Below, in pieces: positions 30,110 through 38,637 of a DNA stretch of 64,000 nucleotides. Both the position numbers and the translations under genes were made by a program. Source of the stretch: an uncultured Clostridia bacterium. Its GTDB lineage: Bacteria; Bacillota; Clostridia; Christensenellales; CAG-314. Every line of letters starts with the position of its first letter. Position 1 is the first letter of the stretch. Location: assembly GCA_947630425.1 (NCBI GenBank), contig CANRHN010000002.1, positions 33,392 to 97,391 of the forward strand. Direction: 5' to 3'. The notes beneath the pieces are model-generated. The model was given only the letters and a program-made list of their open reading frames with translations. It was not told where the DNA came from and made no database searches.

Positions 30110-32383
30110 ATGATAGGTTTCTACTATCTGGCAGGCGCTTTGGGCGCGGCAGCGGTGATACTCACCAATTTGCTGCTCAACAAAAAGCTCCCCGCCAAAC
30201 TGAATATAGCTCTCAAGGTGTTTTCGTTGACGCTTGCCGCCGCGCTGTTTTTCCGCTACATGCTCGGAACGGACAGCATTGCGGAAATTGCCAACCTGCA
30301 CCCCGAGCGCGGTTTCGCCACCAAGGGGATGGTGTTCGTTGCGCTTTTGCAGGTGTGGTTTGCATACGCTGCGGAAATGCTGTGCATACTTGCGTCTTTT
30401 TTCAAAGTAAAAACGCTTCCCGCGCTCATTGCTTACGTGGCGTTGCCCATTTTTGTGTTCAACGCGCTTATGCTCCCCACGCACGTGTTGGCGATTACGG
30501 GCAGCAACGCGTTTTCCTCTTTCGACGTGCGCGCACTGCTTCTCGGTTTGGAAACGGGTCTTGGTTTGGGTTACGCGCTCTCTCACACGATCATTCGTTT
30601 TGACGAAATTCGTCTGCGCGGCAAGGAGTGGGTGTGGTTTGCGCTGGCGGCTGTAGGCTGCATTTTTGCGGCAATTCCGAGCTACTCCTTCTATGTGACG
30701 CTCAATCCGTTGCAAATCACCTACAAGCCCAAAGAACTCAACTTTTACCACAGGTTGATGTTGTACCCGATTGCAATCATTCCCATAACGCTGTACGTTC
30801 TGCTCAAGGACAAGCCCTTGCAAACGCGCCGCTTTGCCTTGATGTACTATGCTTGGTTGGGATTGCTCAACTTCAGCTTTTTCCACCGTTTTGCGGACTT
30901 TGTGGGAACGGATTGGGTTACGACGTTGCCCTTGCACTTGTGCAACACGGCAATGTACATCACGCCGCTGTGCCTCACTTTCAATTGGAAGAGATTTTTC
31001 TACTTTACTTACTTCATCAACGTTATGGGGGCGTTTCTCGCGCTCATCATGCCCAACTACAGCGACACGTCGGTACTTGTTGCAAACAACGTGTGGTTGT
31101 TTTATATGAACCACTATCAAGCGTTTTACATGCCGCTGTTGGTGGTGGGGTTGGGCATTTTCCGTCGTCCGCGTTGGAAGGAGTTCGGCTACAGCATGGT
31201 GGGATTTGTGGTGTACTTTTTGTTGATGCTCATTGTCAACGCTTGGTTCACCAACTACAATCCCGACGTGGACTACTTTTTCCTCAACAGCGATTTTATT
31301 GTTGACAAGCTGGGCAATTGGGCGGAGAACACCCGCAACATTGTGTGGCAATTCGAAGTGAACGGTTTGAAATTTGTCTTTTACCCGCTGTACCAATTTT
31401 TGTTCTTTTTGGTGTACGTCGGGTTTATGTTCGGAATGTGGTTCATCTACGAGTTGGGCTACAACGTCATCACGGGTTGGCAGGACATCGCCGACCGCTA
31501 CAAAAAGATACGGGTCGACAAGCTTGCGTTGGAGGCGCAGCTTGCAGGCAGAAGTATCGAGGAGCCAATGAATATGGAAAACATCAACAAGCTGATTTTG
31601 AAAAACTTTACCAAACGTTACGGCAATTCGGACGTGTACGCCGTCAAAGACGCCAATCTGGAAGTGTGCGGCGGTGAAATTTACGGATTTTTGGGACCAA
31701 ACGGCGCAGGCAAGTCCACCATAATCAAAAGCATTGTGGGCATACAAACCATCACCGAAGGCGCGATAGAGGTGTGCGGCTACGACGTGGCAACGCAATC
31801 CGTCATGGCAAAGCGTCAGATAGGCTTTGTTCCCGACCACTACGCGCTCTACGAACGTTTGACCGCGCGCGAGTACATCAACTACATTGCCGATTTGTAC
31901 GAGGTGAGCAAGGAGGACCGCGAAGAGCGTCTCAACCGCATGGTGGAACGCTTCGAGCTGACGACGGCGATTGACAACCCCATTCGCACCTACTCTCACG
32001 GTATGAAGCAAAAAGTCACCATCATGGCGGCTTTGATACACAACCCCAAGGTTTGGATTTTGGACGAGCCGTTGACGGGTCTCGACCCCAACAGTATCTA
32101 TCAGGTAAAGGAATGTATGCGCGAGCATGCTCAGGCGGGAAACATCGTGTTTTTCTCCAGCCACATCATCGACGTGGTGGAGCGTATTTGCGACCGCATT
32201 GCCATCATTCGCAAGGGACAGATACAGTGCGTGCGTGACGTTCATCAAATGGAAGAAAGCGGCGAAAGCCTCGAACAATTCTATATGTCCGTCATCAACG
32301 ACACGGTGGTAGATCCCATACCCGTCGAGGGCGAGGAACACAAGTCCGAGCCGAAAACCAAGCGTCGCGGCAAGAGGGCTTAG
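30110..32383 (+). CDS. Fusion protein: polytopic membrane domain (about 13 TM, YwaF/TMEM164-like region) plus C-terminal ABC ATPase
   Basis: The RBS aggaga is upstream. The first 490 aa or so are strongly hydrophobic and contain TLPLHLCNTAMY, which I associate with the YwaF/TIGR02206/TMEM164 family. The C-terminus has Walker A GPNGAGKST, signature SHGMKQKV and Walker B WILDEPLTGLD. Confidence 0.85.
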   Translation: MIGFYYLAGALGAAAVILTNLLLNKKLPAKLNIALKVFSLTLAAALFFRYMLGTDSIAEIANLHPERGFATKGMVFVALLQVWFAYAAEMLCILASFFKVKTLPALIAYVALPIFVFNALMLPTHVLAITGSNAFSSFDVRALLLGLETGLGLGYALSHTIIRFDEIRLRGKEWVWFALAAVGCIFAAIPSYSFYVTLNPLQITYKPKELNFYHRLMLYPIAIIPITLYVLLKDKPLQTRRFALMYYAWLGLLNFSFFHRFADFVGTDWVTTLPLHLCNTAMYITPLCLTFNWKRFFYFTYFINVMGAFLALIMPNYSDTSVLVANNVWLFYMNHYQAFYMPLLVVGLGIFRRPRWKEFGYSMVGFVVYFLLMLIVNAWFTNYNPDVDYFFLNSDFIVDKLGNWAENTRNIVWQFEVNGLKFVFYPLYQFLFFLVYVGFMFGMWFIYELGYNVITGWQDIADRYKKIRVDKLALEAQLAGRSIEEPMNMENINKLILKNFTKRYGNSDVYAVKDANLEVCGGEIYGFLGPNGAGKSTIIKSIVGIQTITEGAIEVCGYDVATQSVMAKRQIGFVPDHYALYERLTAREYINYIADLYEVSKEDREERLNRMVERFELTTAIDNPIRTYSHGMKQKVTIMAALIHNPKVWILDEPLTGLDPNSIYQVKECMREHAQAGNIVFFSSHIIDVVERICDRIAIIRKGQIQCVRDVHQMEESGESLEQFYMSVINDTVVDPIPVEGEEHKSEPKTKRRGKRA

Positions 32384-32386
32384 CAA

Positions 32387-34198
32387 ATGATGAGTCTGTT
32401 GGCAAAATCCCAATCTTTCGATTGGTTAATATGGGTTTTGGTCGCGCTTGTTTTGGCAGAGTTTGCGGTTATCGTTTGGTTGCTGTGCAGCAATTCTAAA
32501 CGCAAACAACCTGCCGTCAAGAGTGCCAAGAGCGCGAGCGGCGCGGCGGTATATTTGCGCAATCTCAAAACGCTTGTTATGATGCAGCTGAGGGACAAGC
32601 TGGATTTGTCCTACCTGAGGAGCAAACGCAAGTTGCTGTTCAAGGTGGCAGCCGTCATAGGTCAAGTGTTGCTTTCCGGCGCGGCGTTCTACATCTTTTT
32701 TGCCTTGGCGTCTGCGCTCAAGCTGTTTTCTTTCTCGGGAATGGTTCCGGCAGAGCTTGTCACGGCAATGTTCACGCTGATATTTGTGTTGGCAATCGTC
32801 ACCTGCACAATGGGGCTTACCGACGCATTGTATCTTACGGCGGACAACCGAGTGTTGCTTACGTTGCCCGTGCCGCCCAACATGGTGTTTTTGTCCAAGT
32901 TTGTGCTGTACTTTATTTTCGAGCTGAAGAAAAACGCCGTGTTGCTGTTGCCCATGTACGTTGCGTACGGCTTGGTATGCAATGCGGTGTGGTACTTTTA
33001 CCCTTGGCTGCTGGTGTGCTACCTGTTTGTGTCGCTGTTGCCGGTGGCTCTCGGGGCGGTGCTTTCCATTCCCGCGTTGTACATCGGAAGCTTTATCAAA
33101 AACTACAAATGGCTGCAGGCGATACTCATCATTGCCGGCGCTTCGCTGATAGGTTGGGGGTTGATCGAGCTTATCAGCAGAATGCCCGCCAACATCAACA
33201 TTGCGGGACGTTGGGGAACAATTTCCCTCACCATTCAACAGTGGCTGGAAAAAATTGCCGGTTGGGTTCGCCCCATCGACTATATCAACCTGATGATCAT
33301 GGGCGGCACCGCGGCAATACGCTCCAAGCTGTTTACAATACAGACGTTGTGGGGCTGGCTCATTGTGCTTGGCACGATAGTCGTGTGTACGGGTCTTGCG
33401 TTTTTGCTTGCCCGTCCGCTGTTTTTCAAAATGGCGTCCAAACAGTTCGAGTTTGAAAAGTCAAGCAGAGCCAAAGGTACAAACCGCGTACACAAAGCCA
33501 AGCTTGCTCCGTTGCTCTACGAAATGAAGCGCAATTTCCGCAGCAGCAGATATGTGCTTAAGCTTGTTGTTAGCTTGTTTTTGTTGCCCATTGCGGTGTT
33601 TTTGCTCAACAAGACCTATGCGGCAATGAACACGCGTCTTGCGGGTCAATATATGACGTTGGGCTTCAGCATGCTTGTCAGCCTGCTCATCGTCACCAGC
33701 GACAACGTAAGCTATGCATCCGTGTACAGCGTGGACGGCGCGGCGCGCCCCATTGCCAAAACGCAACCGATTGTTCCGCAGATAGCCCTCATTTCAAGGC
33801 TTATACCCCGTGCCGTGGTCATTGTGCTTTCCACGTTTGCGGCGGCATTCTTTTGGCAGAGAGTAGCCCAACTTACGGCAGGCGAAGGCGCATTGCTTGC
33901 GTTTACAATCATATTCGTTGGTTGGGGACATCTGTTGTGGAGCGCGGAAATGGACGTGATGCGTCCGCAGCACGACCAATATGCACTGCTCGGGCTGTCC
34001 TTTGACAATCCCAACGAGCGCAACGCCACAATTGCGGCATTTGTGCTTTCGGCGCTGTTTGCATTTTGGCTCTACTTCATCATGCCGGACGGACGCACAC
34101 GCGCAGCGGGCATAGTTGCGGCAATGGCATTTGTCTTTTTGGCAGTGAGAGTGTTTTTGTACTTCTCGCGCATCCGCTTGTACTATGCGGAAAAGTAG
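32387..34198 (+). CDS. Polytopic membrane protein, putative ABC exporter permease partner (603 aa)
   Basis: The start lies 3 nt after the upstream stop. There are at least 12 hydrophobic segments. The size and context resemble the Firmicute 'putative ABC exporter' membrane family, recalled from memory. Confidence 0.75.
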   Translation: MMSLLAKSQSFDWLIWVLVALVLAEFAVIVWLLCSNSKRKQPAVKSAKSASGAAVYLRNLKTLVMMQLRDKLDLSYLRSKRKLLFKVAAVIGQVLLSGAAFYIFFALASALKLFSFSGMVPAELVTAMFTLIFVLAIVTCTMGLTDALYLTADNRVLLTLPVPPNMVFLSKFVLYFIFELKKNAVLLLPMYVAYGLVCNAVWYFYPWLLVCYLFVSLLPVALGAVLSIPALYIGSFIKNYKWLQAILIIAGASLIGWGLIELISRMPANINIAGRWGTISLTIQQWLEKIAGWVRPIDYINLMIMGGTAAIRSKLFTIQTLWGWLIVLGTIVVCTGLAFLLARPLFFKMASKQFEFEKSSRAKGTNRVHKAKLAPLLYEMKRNFRSSRYVLKLVVSLFLLPIAVFLLNKTYAAMNTRLAGQYMTLGFSMLVSLLIVTSDNVSYASVYSVDGAARPIAKTQPIVPQIALISRLIPRAVVIVLSTFAAAFFWQRVAQLTAGEGALLAFTIIFVGWGHLLWSAEMDVMRPQHDQYALLGLSFDNPNERNATIAAFVLSALFAFWLYFIMPDGRTRAAGIVAAMAFVFLAVRVFLYFSRIRLYYAEK

Positions 34199-34205
34199 GT
34201 GACTT

Positions 34206-34649
34206 ATGAAAAAAGCAACGATAATTTTGATAGCGGCAATCTACGTCGCGTCCATAGTGGTTGTGGGGGTCTTTGGCTTGCAGGCATTGCTGTACAGCGA
34301 AGTCAACCCCATAACGGATTTCGATCTTCCCGACGAAATTGCGGGAAAGCAAGTCAAAGACACAACGGACGGCAAGGGAAAAACCGTAATTATTGCCTAT
34401 GAGGAAGGATTGGAAGTGCCTATCGAATATGTTCCCGTTCCTGCGGATTCCCCTTCGCAAGTAGAGATAGAAATCACCTACCAATCGGGCACGGAGGAAA
34501 ACCCCACCGCAGAGCTGTCCTATGATGAGGTTTTTGGAAAAAAAGTAAATTACTTTGTCAAATTCTTCAAAAAGGGTAAAGTGACCATAACATTCCGTTC
34601 ATTAGATAACAGCAAGTTCAGCAAAACGCTGAACATCACGGCAAGGTAG
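34206..34649 (+). CDS. Small signal-anchored protein with a beta-rich extracytoplasmic domain (147 aa)
   Basis: The RBS aggtga is upstream. The N-terminal helix is IILIAAIYVASIVVVGVFGL. The gap to the upstream gene is 7 nt. Confidence 0.6.
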   Translation: MKKATIILIAAIYVASIVVVGVFGLQALLYSEVNPITDFDLPDEIAGKQVKDTTDGKGKTVIIAYEEGLEVPIEYVPVPADSPSQVEIEITYQSGTEENPTAELSYDEVFGKKVNYFVKFFKKGKVTITFRSLDNSKFSKTLNITAR

Positions 34650-34715
34650 CAACAATCTGACAAAAGTCAGTTGTATAAAATAGATAACAAAAAAAATTCA
34701 AACAAGGAGAACGTT

Positions 34716-37241
34716 ATGAAAAAGATTTTGATTTTTTTGCTGGCTGCGCTCTTTGTTGTAACAGGCGTTATGCTTGTTGCGTGCAACAAAACCGTCACCG
34801 GCATAAAGATTGAAAACGCGCCTTCCGAAGTGACGCGCGGCGCAAAAATCGACTACTCAAAGATTAACATCGTTGTCACTTACGAGGACAACAGCGAAGA
34901 AACTTTGAAATTGACCGACAAGGGAGTAAAATACGACCCAATCGACACGTCTACAACGGGTTCTAAAACGCTCGCTGTCACCTACGGGGGAAAAAGCACG
35001 CAATCTACGATACTCGTCAAAGAGGGATCTATCGGCGCAGACGTAACAGTCAGCGAGTACAGCGACGCAGGTACAGGCTACCGCGCTTACCTGGAAGCCA
35101 AGAAGGAGCAATCCAACAAAGAAACGGAATTCTTCAACAGAAGCGTCAGCTACAAGGTGGGAATAGACAACGGTTTTGTATTCCTTCCCAACGTGACTGT
35201 TGTCGATTCAAACGACGAGGAAATAGTTTTGGACAGAGAGCAGGCAAAAACGACCTACAAGCTTTCCAGAAAGACAAACGGAAGCTTTGCTACAGTTGCC
35301 GAAGCCGAACAAAGCACCTACCTCAGCAAGGTGGAAAACAACGTTTACTATTTCACCGAGGAAGCTGTAGGCGAAACATTCAAATTGGACGTTACTCTTT
35401 CCGACGAGTACGAACTTCTTGATGACAACATGAACAAAACCGTCAGCTGCGAATTCGATGTGACGGAGGGCTACAACGTTTACGACGCGCTGGGCTTGTC
35501 CGTGCTTGACACGTTGGACGTCAAGGCTTTTGCCGACATCAAAAACACTCAACTTGCTTGGGACAGCAAAAAGCTCAGCGAGTACACGGACGTCAAGTGG
35601 GTCATCATTCACAACAACATCACCGTTTACCCCAAGGATTTGCCCGCGTCCTATTTCTGGAAAACAACCGACCAAGCTGCGGTAGAGGGTAGCAAGAGCT
35701 ATGCCGACGTGGAAAGTCTTGTACCCGAAGATCTCAAATCGTTGCTTCCGGGTTCTCTTAAAGAGGTTTGCCGTGGAGAAAATTGGGAAGAGGGCGGAGA
35801 CAGTCAACAACGCGCACTCTATGTCAACAACGGAACAAGCATTTCCGGCAACTACCTTACGCTTACCTACGGAGTGTACAACCCCGGTGAGGAAAACAAC
35901 CCCGCCGCCAACAAAATTGCCATTGTTCACGACATGGGCATGAACGCAAATCACGAAGCTATTTACCCCGAAAGTCACACAAGCTTTGTCGGTATGACTC
36001 ACGTACTTGACGGTGGTGTTGAAGGTGATGACGGTATCGACAAGGACAGAACCATCGAAAACGTTTACTTTATCGGGCAGAACCCCAAGTCCGAAGGTAC
36101 GACAACTCCCGCGGGACTGATGATGATGACCAGCGACATGAAGAGAGTAAAGCTTGTCAACGACATCGGAAACATGTGGTTCTGCAACGCCACCCTTGAC
36201 GGCGTTGGCGTAGGCGAGCTCAGCATTGAAAAATGCAAGCTCTACGACAGCTTTTCGCAGATGGTGTTCAGTTGGGGCGCTGTCAAAATTGACATTAAGG
36301 AAAGCGAAATGAAGCGCGCAGGCGGTCCTGTTCTCATTCTTCAAACAATCACAACCGGCACGGCTCGTAATACGGAAATGACGGTTGACGCCGCCTCTCA
36401 ATTGGAGAGCTGGGTTACCGGTTCGGAAATGTGGTTTACGATCAACATGGGCGGCAGTGCGTCCGTTATTCCTAAACTTATTGGCGTTGCCACGGCGGTT
36501 GACGAGCTCGGTGGTCATTTCAAACGCGTAGATGACGGAAAAGTTCAGGCAAACCTTGTGGCTATCGTCATCCCCGAACCCCAAGATGTCATGGTCAACC
36601 AACGAGCGATCCCCGGTGCAATCACAGTTGGAGAACATCGCTATGCAATGGAAAACTCCATGTTCGGAACTCTTACAAATCTCGGTTCGATAGGTACAAC
36701 AGGCACTGCTCTGGCAACACAAACAGAGGGTGCAGCCACGCATCTAAGCGTTGAACTTCCGCAGGCATTTACCGTTTTGAAACAAGGTTTGGAACTGCTT
36801 TCACAAGCCGGAAACAGTGCGCTTGCCGTTGCTCCCATGTATCAATGCGGTAACGTGTTCGGTTTCTCCACCGACGGCAAAGACGTCCTTTCATTGACCA
36901 CACCTTTGTCGCAACTCGGAAACAAAGATTTGTTGTCCTCAATTCAGCAATTGTATGGCGGTTGCCAACTTGTACTTCAGGAACTCGGCAAATTGAAGAC
37001 AGCATACGCGTCGAACGAGCAGGTACTTCAACAAGTTGAAGCACTCATCACGGGCTGGACGGATCTTGCTACTCAACTTGCTCCCGTGGGGACTTACACC
37101 GATCCCGCAAACTTCAATCAAGCTTGGACGGGCAACAATCTTGCCGTTTGGGTCAACCCGGGCGGACTTGACACAGGCAACATCAACACCAATCTTAAGC
37201 ATTTTATGATTATGTTTGGCAGGGACGTTGAAGCAGCTTAA
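34716..37241 (+). CDS. Large lipoprotein (841 aa): N-terminal Big_3-like Ig domain, central possible beta-helix region, Q/L/A-rich C-terminal region
   Basis: The RBS aaggaga is upstream. The signal peptide and lipobox are MKKILIFLLAALFVVTGVMLVAC. The segment VTGIKIENAPSEVTRGAKIDYSKINIVVTYEDNSEETL...GSKTLAVTYGGKS fits the Big_3 pattern. Confidence 0.8.
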   Translation: MKKILIFLLAALFVVTGVMLVACNKTVTGIKIENAPSEVTRGAKIDYSKINIVVTYEDNSEETLKLTDKGVKYDPIDTSTTGSKTLAVTYGGKSTQSTILVKEGSIGADVTVSEYSDAGTGYRAYLEAKKEQSNKETEFFNRSVSYKVGIDNGFVFLPNVTVVDSNDEEIVLDREQAKTTYKLSRKTNGSFATVAEAEQSTYLSKVENNVYYFTEEAVGETFKLDVTLSDEYELLDDNMNKTVSCEFDVTEGYNVYDALGLSVLDTLDVKAFADIKNTQLAWDSKKLSEYTDVKWVIIHNNITVYPKDLPASYFWKTTDQAAVEGSKSYADVESLVPEDLKSLLPGSLKEVCRGENWEEGGDSQQRALYVNNGTSISGNYLTLTYGVYNPGEENNPAANKIAIVHDMGMNANHEAIYPESHTSFVGMTHVLDGGVEGDDGIDKDRTIENVYFIGQNPKSEGTTTPAGLMMMTSDMKRVKLVNDIGNMWFCNATLDGVGVGELSIEKCKLYDSFSQMVFSWGAVKIDIKESEMKRAGGPVLILQTITTGTARNTEMTVDAASQLESWVTGSEMWFTINMGGSASVIPKLIGVATAVDELGGHFKRVDDGKVQANLVAIVIPEPQDVMVNQRAIPGAITVGEHRYAMENSMFGTLTNLGSIGTTGTALATQTEGAATHLSVELPQAFTVLKQGLELLSQAGNSALAVAPMYQCGNVFGFSTDGKDVLSLTTPLSQLGNKDLLSSIQQLYGGCQLVLQELGKLKTAYASNEQVLQQVEALITGWTDLATQLAPVGTYTDPANFNQAWTGNNLAVWVNPGGLDTGNINTNLKHFMIMFGRDVEAA

Positions 37242-37252
37242 CACTCAAAAAC

Positions 37253-37281
37253 AAAAAGACGGCGCACTTGCCGTCTTTTTT
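37253..37281. terminator. Terminator hairpin; left copy of a 26-bp perfect direct repeat
   Basis: aaaaagacggcgcacttgccgtcttt at 37253-37278 has the stem aagacggc/gccgtctt and a T-run after it. The sequence is identical to 38604-38629. Confidence 0.75.
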
Positions 37282-37304
37282 GTTGCCCTTTTTCGCCTTT
37301 TTGC

Positions 37305-37327
37305 AAAATGTTTCACTACTACTGAAA
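37305..37327 (+). repeat. 23-bp direct repeat, copy 1 (aaaatgtttcactactactgaaa)
   Basis: Identical to 37345-37367. It contains the mini-ORF ATG TTT CAC TAC TAC TGA. Confidence 0.85.
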
Positions 37328-37344
37328 AATTTTCACAATTTCGT

Positions 37345-37367
37345 AAAATGTTTCACTACTACTGAAA
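37345..37367 (+). repeat. 23-bp direct repeat, copy 2
   Basis: Identical to 37305-37327. It ends 8 nt before the -35 box of the ATPase promoter. Confidence 0.85.
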
Positions 37368-37374
37368 GTTTTTG

Positions 37375-37403
37375 TTGACTTTGGCAAAAACTTTCAGTAT
37401 AAT
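37375..37403 (+). promoter_or_regulatory. Consensus-like sigma-A promoter (TTGACT, 17 nt spacer, TATAAT)
   Basis: TTGACT at 37375-37380 and TATAAT at 37398-37403. The RBS ggagg follows, then the ATG at 37420. Confidence 0.65.
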
Positions 37404-37419
37404 AGGTTTGGAGGCAACT

Positions 37420-38601
37420 ATGATAAAGAGAGAAAAGTACATTGCGCCGATAAGAGAGTTTTACGACAGCGATTTGATAAAAATCATCACGGGCATCAGA
37501 CGGTGCGGCAAATCGGTGGTGCTGCAACAGATAATGGAAGAAATCTCCTTGCGGACGGACAACATCATATATCTCAACTTCGAGGACAGGCGTGTGTCGG
37601 CGAATATTGCCAATGCAGAGCAGCTGACAGAGTATGTGGATCAACACCGCAAGGCAGGCAAATGCTACCTGTTTTTTGATGAAATTCAGGTTTTGGACCA
37701 ATGGCAGCAAGCATGCAAAACCTTGCGATTGGAGAACTGCTCGCTGTTCATCACGGGGTCCAATTCGCGATTGCTTTCGCGCGAATTTACAAAGGAATTG
37801 AGCGGCAGATATGTTTCCTTCAGAATACGTCCGTTTGTTTACAAAGAGTTGGTTTTGTACGCAAAGCAGTTGGGCAGAGAGTGTTCCGTTACCGACTACT
37901 TGGTGTGGGGAGGCTTTCCCAAAAGGTTGGAATTTGCCACCGAACAGGCGCAACGCGTCTACCTTGGCGACTTGGACGACACGGTGGTGCTTAACGATTT
38001 GATAAACCGCTACAAGATACGCAAAACCGCCTTGTTTGAACGCTTTGTAAACTATGTTCTTAGGTCCAACGGGCGAATTTTCTCCGCAAACTCTATCGTC
38101 AAATATATCAACCAATTTGACAAAACTTGTTCGCTCAACACGGTTATCAAATATTTAGGCTATCTGCAGGAAGCTTACGTCATTCAATGCGTAAGGCAGT
38201 ATTCCGCCAAGACCAAGGCGGAGCTGCAGTACTTTACCAAGCTGTACGACGAAGATGTTTGTTTCAACTCCATTCGCTGTGCGGACAATCGTTTTGACCT
38301 TACCCACAATTTGGAAAATATTGTTTACAACGAATTGATATATATGGGCTATTCGGTTTTTGTCTACAACAACAACGGCAAGGAAATCGACTTTTTGGCA
38401 CAGGACGGCAACAAACGCTATCTGATACAGGTTGCGTACAGTGTGGCGGAGGACAAGGCGTATCAAAGAGAGTTCGGCGCATTTGACAACATTGACAACA
38501 GCGCAAAAAAGATAGTGATAAGCAACGACGAAATAGATTACTCAACCGCAACCGTGCAACACTTGCGATTGAAAGACTTTTTGTTGATGGAAAAGCTTTG
38601 A
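37420..38601 (+). CDS. AAA+ ATPase of the COG1373 type (AAA_14 plus DUF4143 architecture)
   Basis: Walker A GIRRCGKSV, Walker B CYLFFDEIQ, VWGGFP and a C-terminal EIDF...IQV segment are present. GC is about 40-43% by hand count, against more than 50% in the neighbours. Confidence 0.85.
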   Translation: MIKREKYIAPIREFYDSDLIKIITGIRRCGKSVVLQQIMEEISLRTDNIIYLNFEDRRVSANIANAEQLTEYVDQHRKAGKCYLFFDEIQVLDQWQQACKTLRLENCSLFITGSNSRLLSREFTKELSGRYVSFRIRPFVYKELVLYAKQLGRECSVTDYLVWGGFPKRLEFATEQAQRVYLGDLDDTVVLNDLINRYKIRKTALFERFVNYVLRSNGRIFSANSIVKYINQFDKTCSLNTVIKYLGYLQEAYVIQCVRQYSAKTKAELQYFTKLYDEDVCFNSIRCADNRFDLTHNLENIVYNELIYMGYSVFVYNNNGKEIDFLAQDGNKRYLIQVAYSVAEDKAYQREFGAFDNIDNSAKKIVISNDEIDYSTATVQHLRLKDFLLMEKL

Positions 38602-38603
38602 AA

Positions 38604-38631
38604 AAAAAGACGGCGCACTTGCCGTCTTTAT
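38604..38631. terminator. Bidirectional terminator hairpin; right copy of the 26-bp direct repeat
   Basis: The sequence matches 37253-37278. An A-run lies upstream and a T-rich stretch downstream. It sits between the convergent ATPase and queH genes. Confidence 0.75.
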
Positions 38632-38637
38632 TTACAG

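Noticed and set aside
30092-32413. A 773-aa minus-strand ORF covering the whole YwaF-like/ABC fusion gene.
   Set aside because: The plus frame carries unambiguous Walker A, signature and Walker B motifs and a good RBS. The minus translation is rich in H, Q, R and V with no motif.
37253-38631. A classical IS element or transposon explanation for the ATPase cassette.
   Set aside because: No transposase or integrase ORF and no terminal inverted repeats are present. The only gene is an AAA+ ATPase. The repeat-flanked structure is reported as an unexplained insertion instead.
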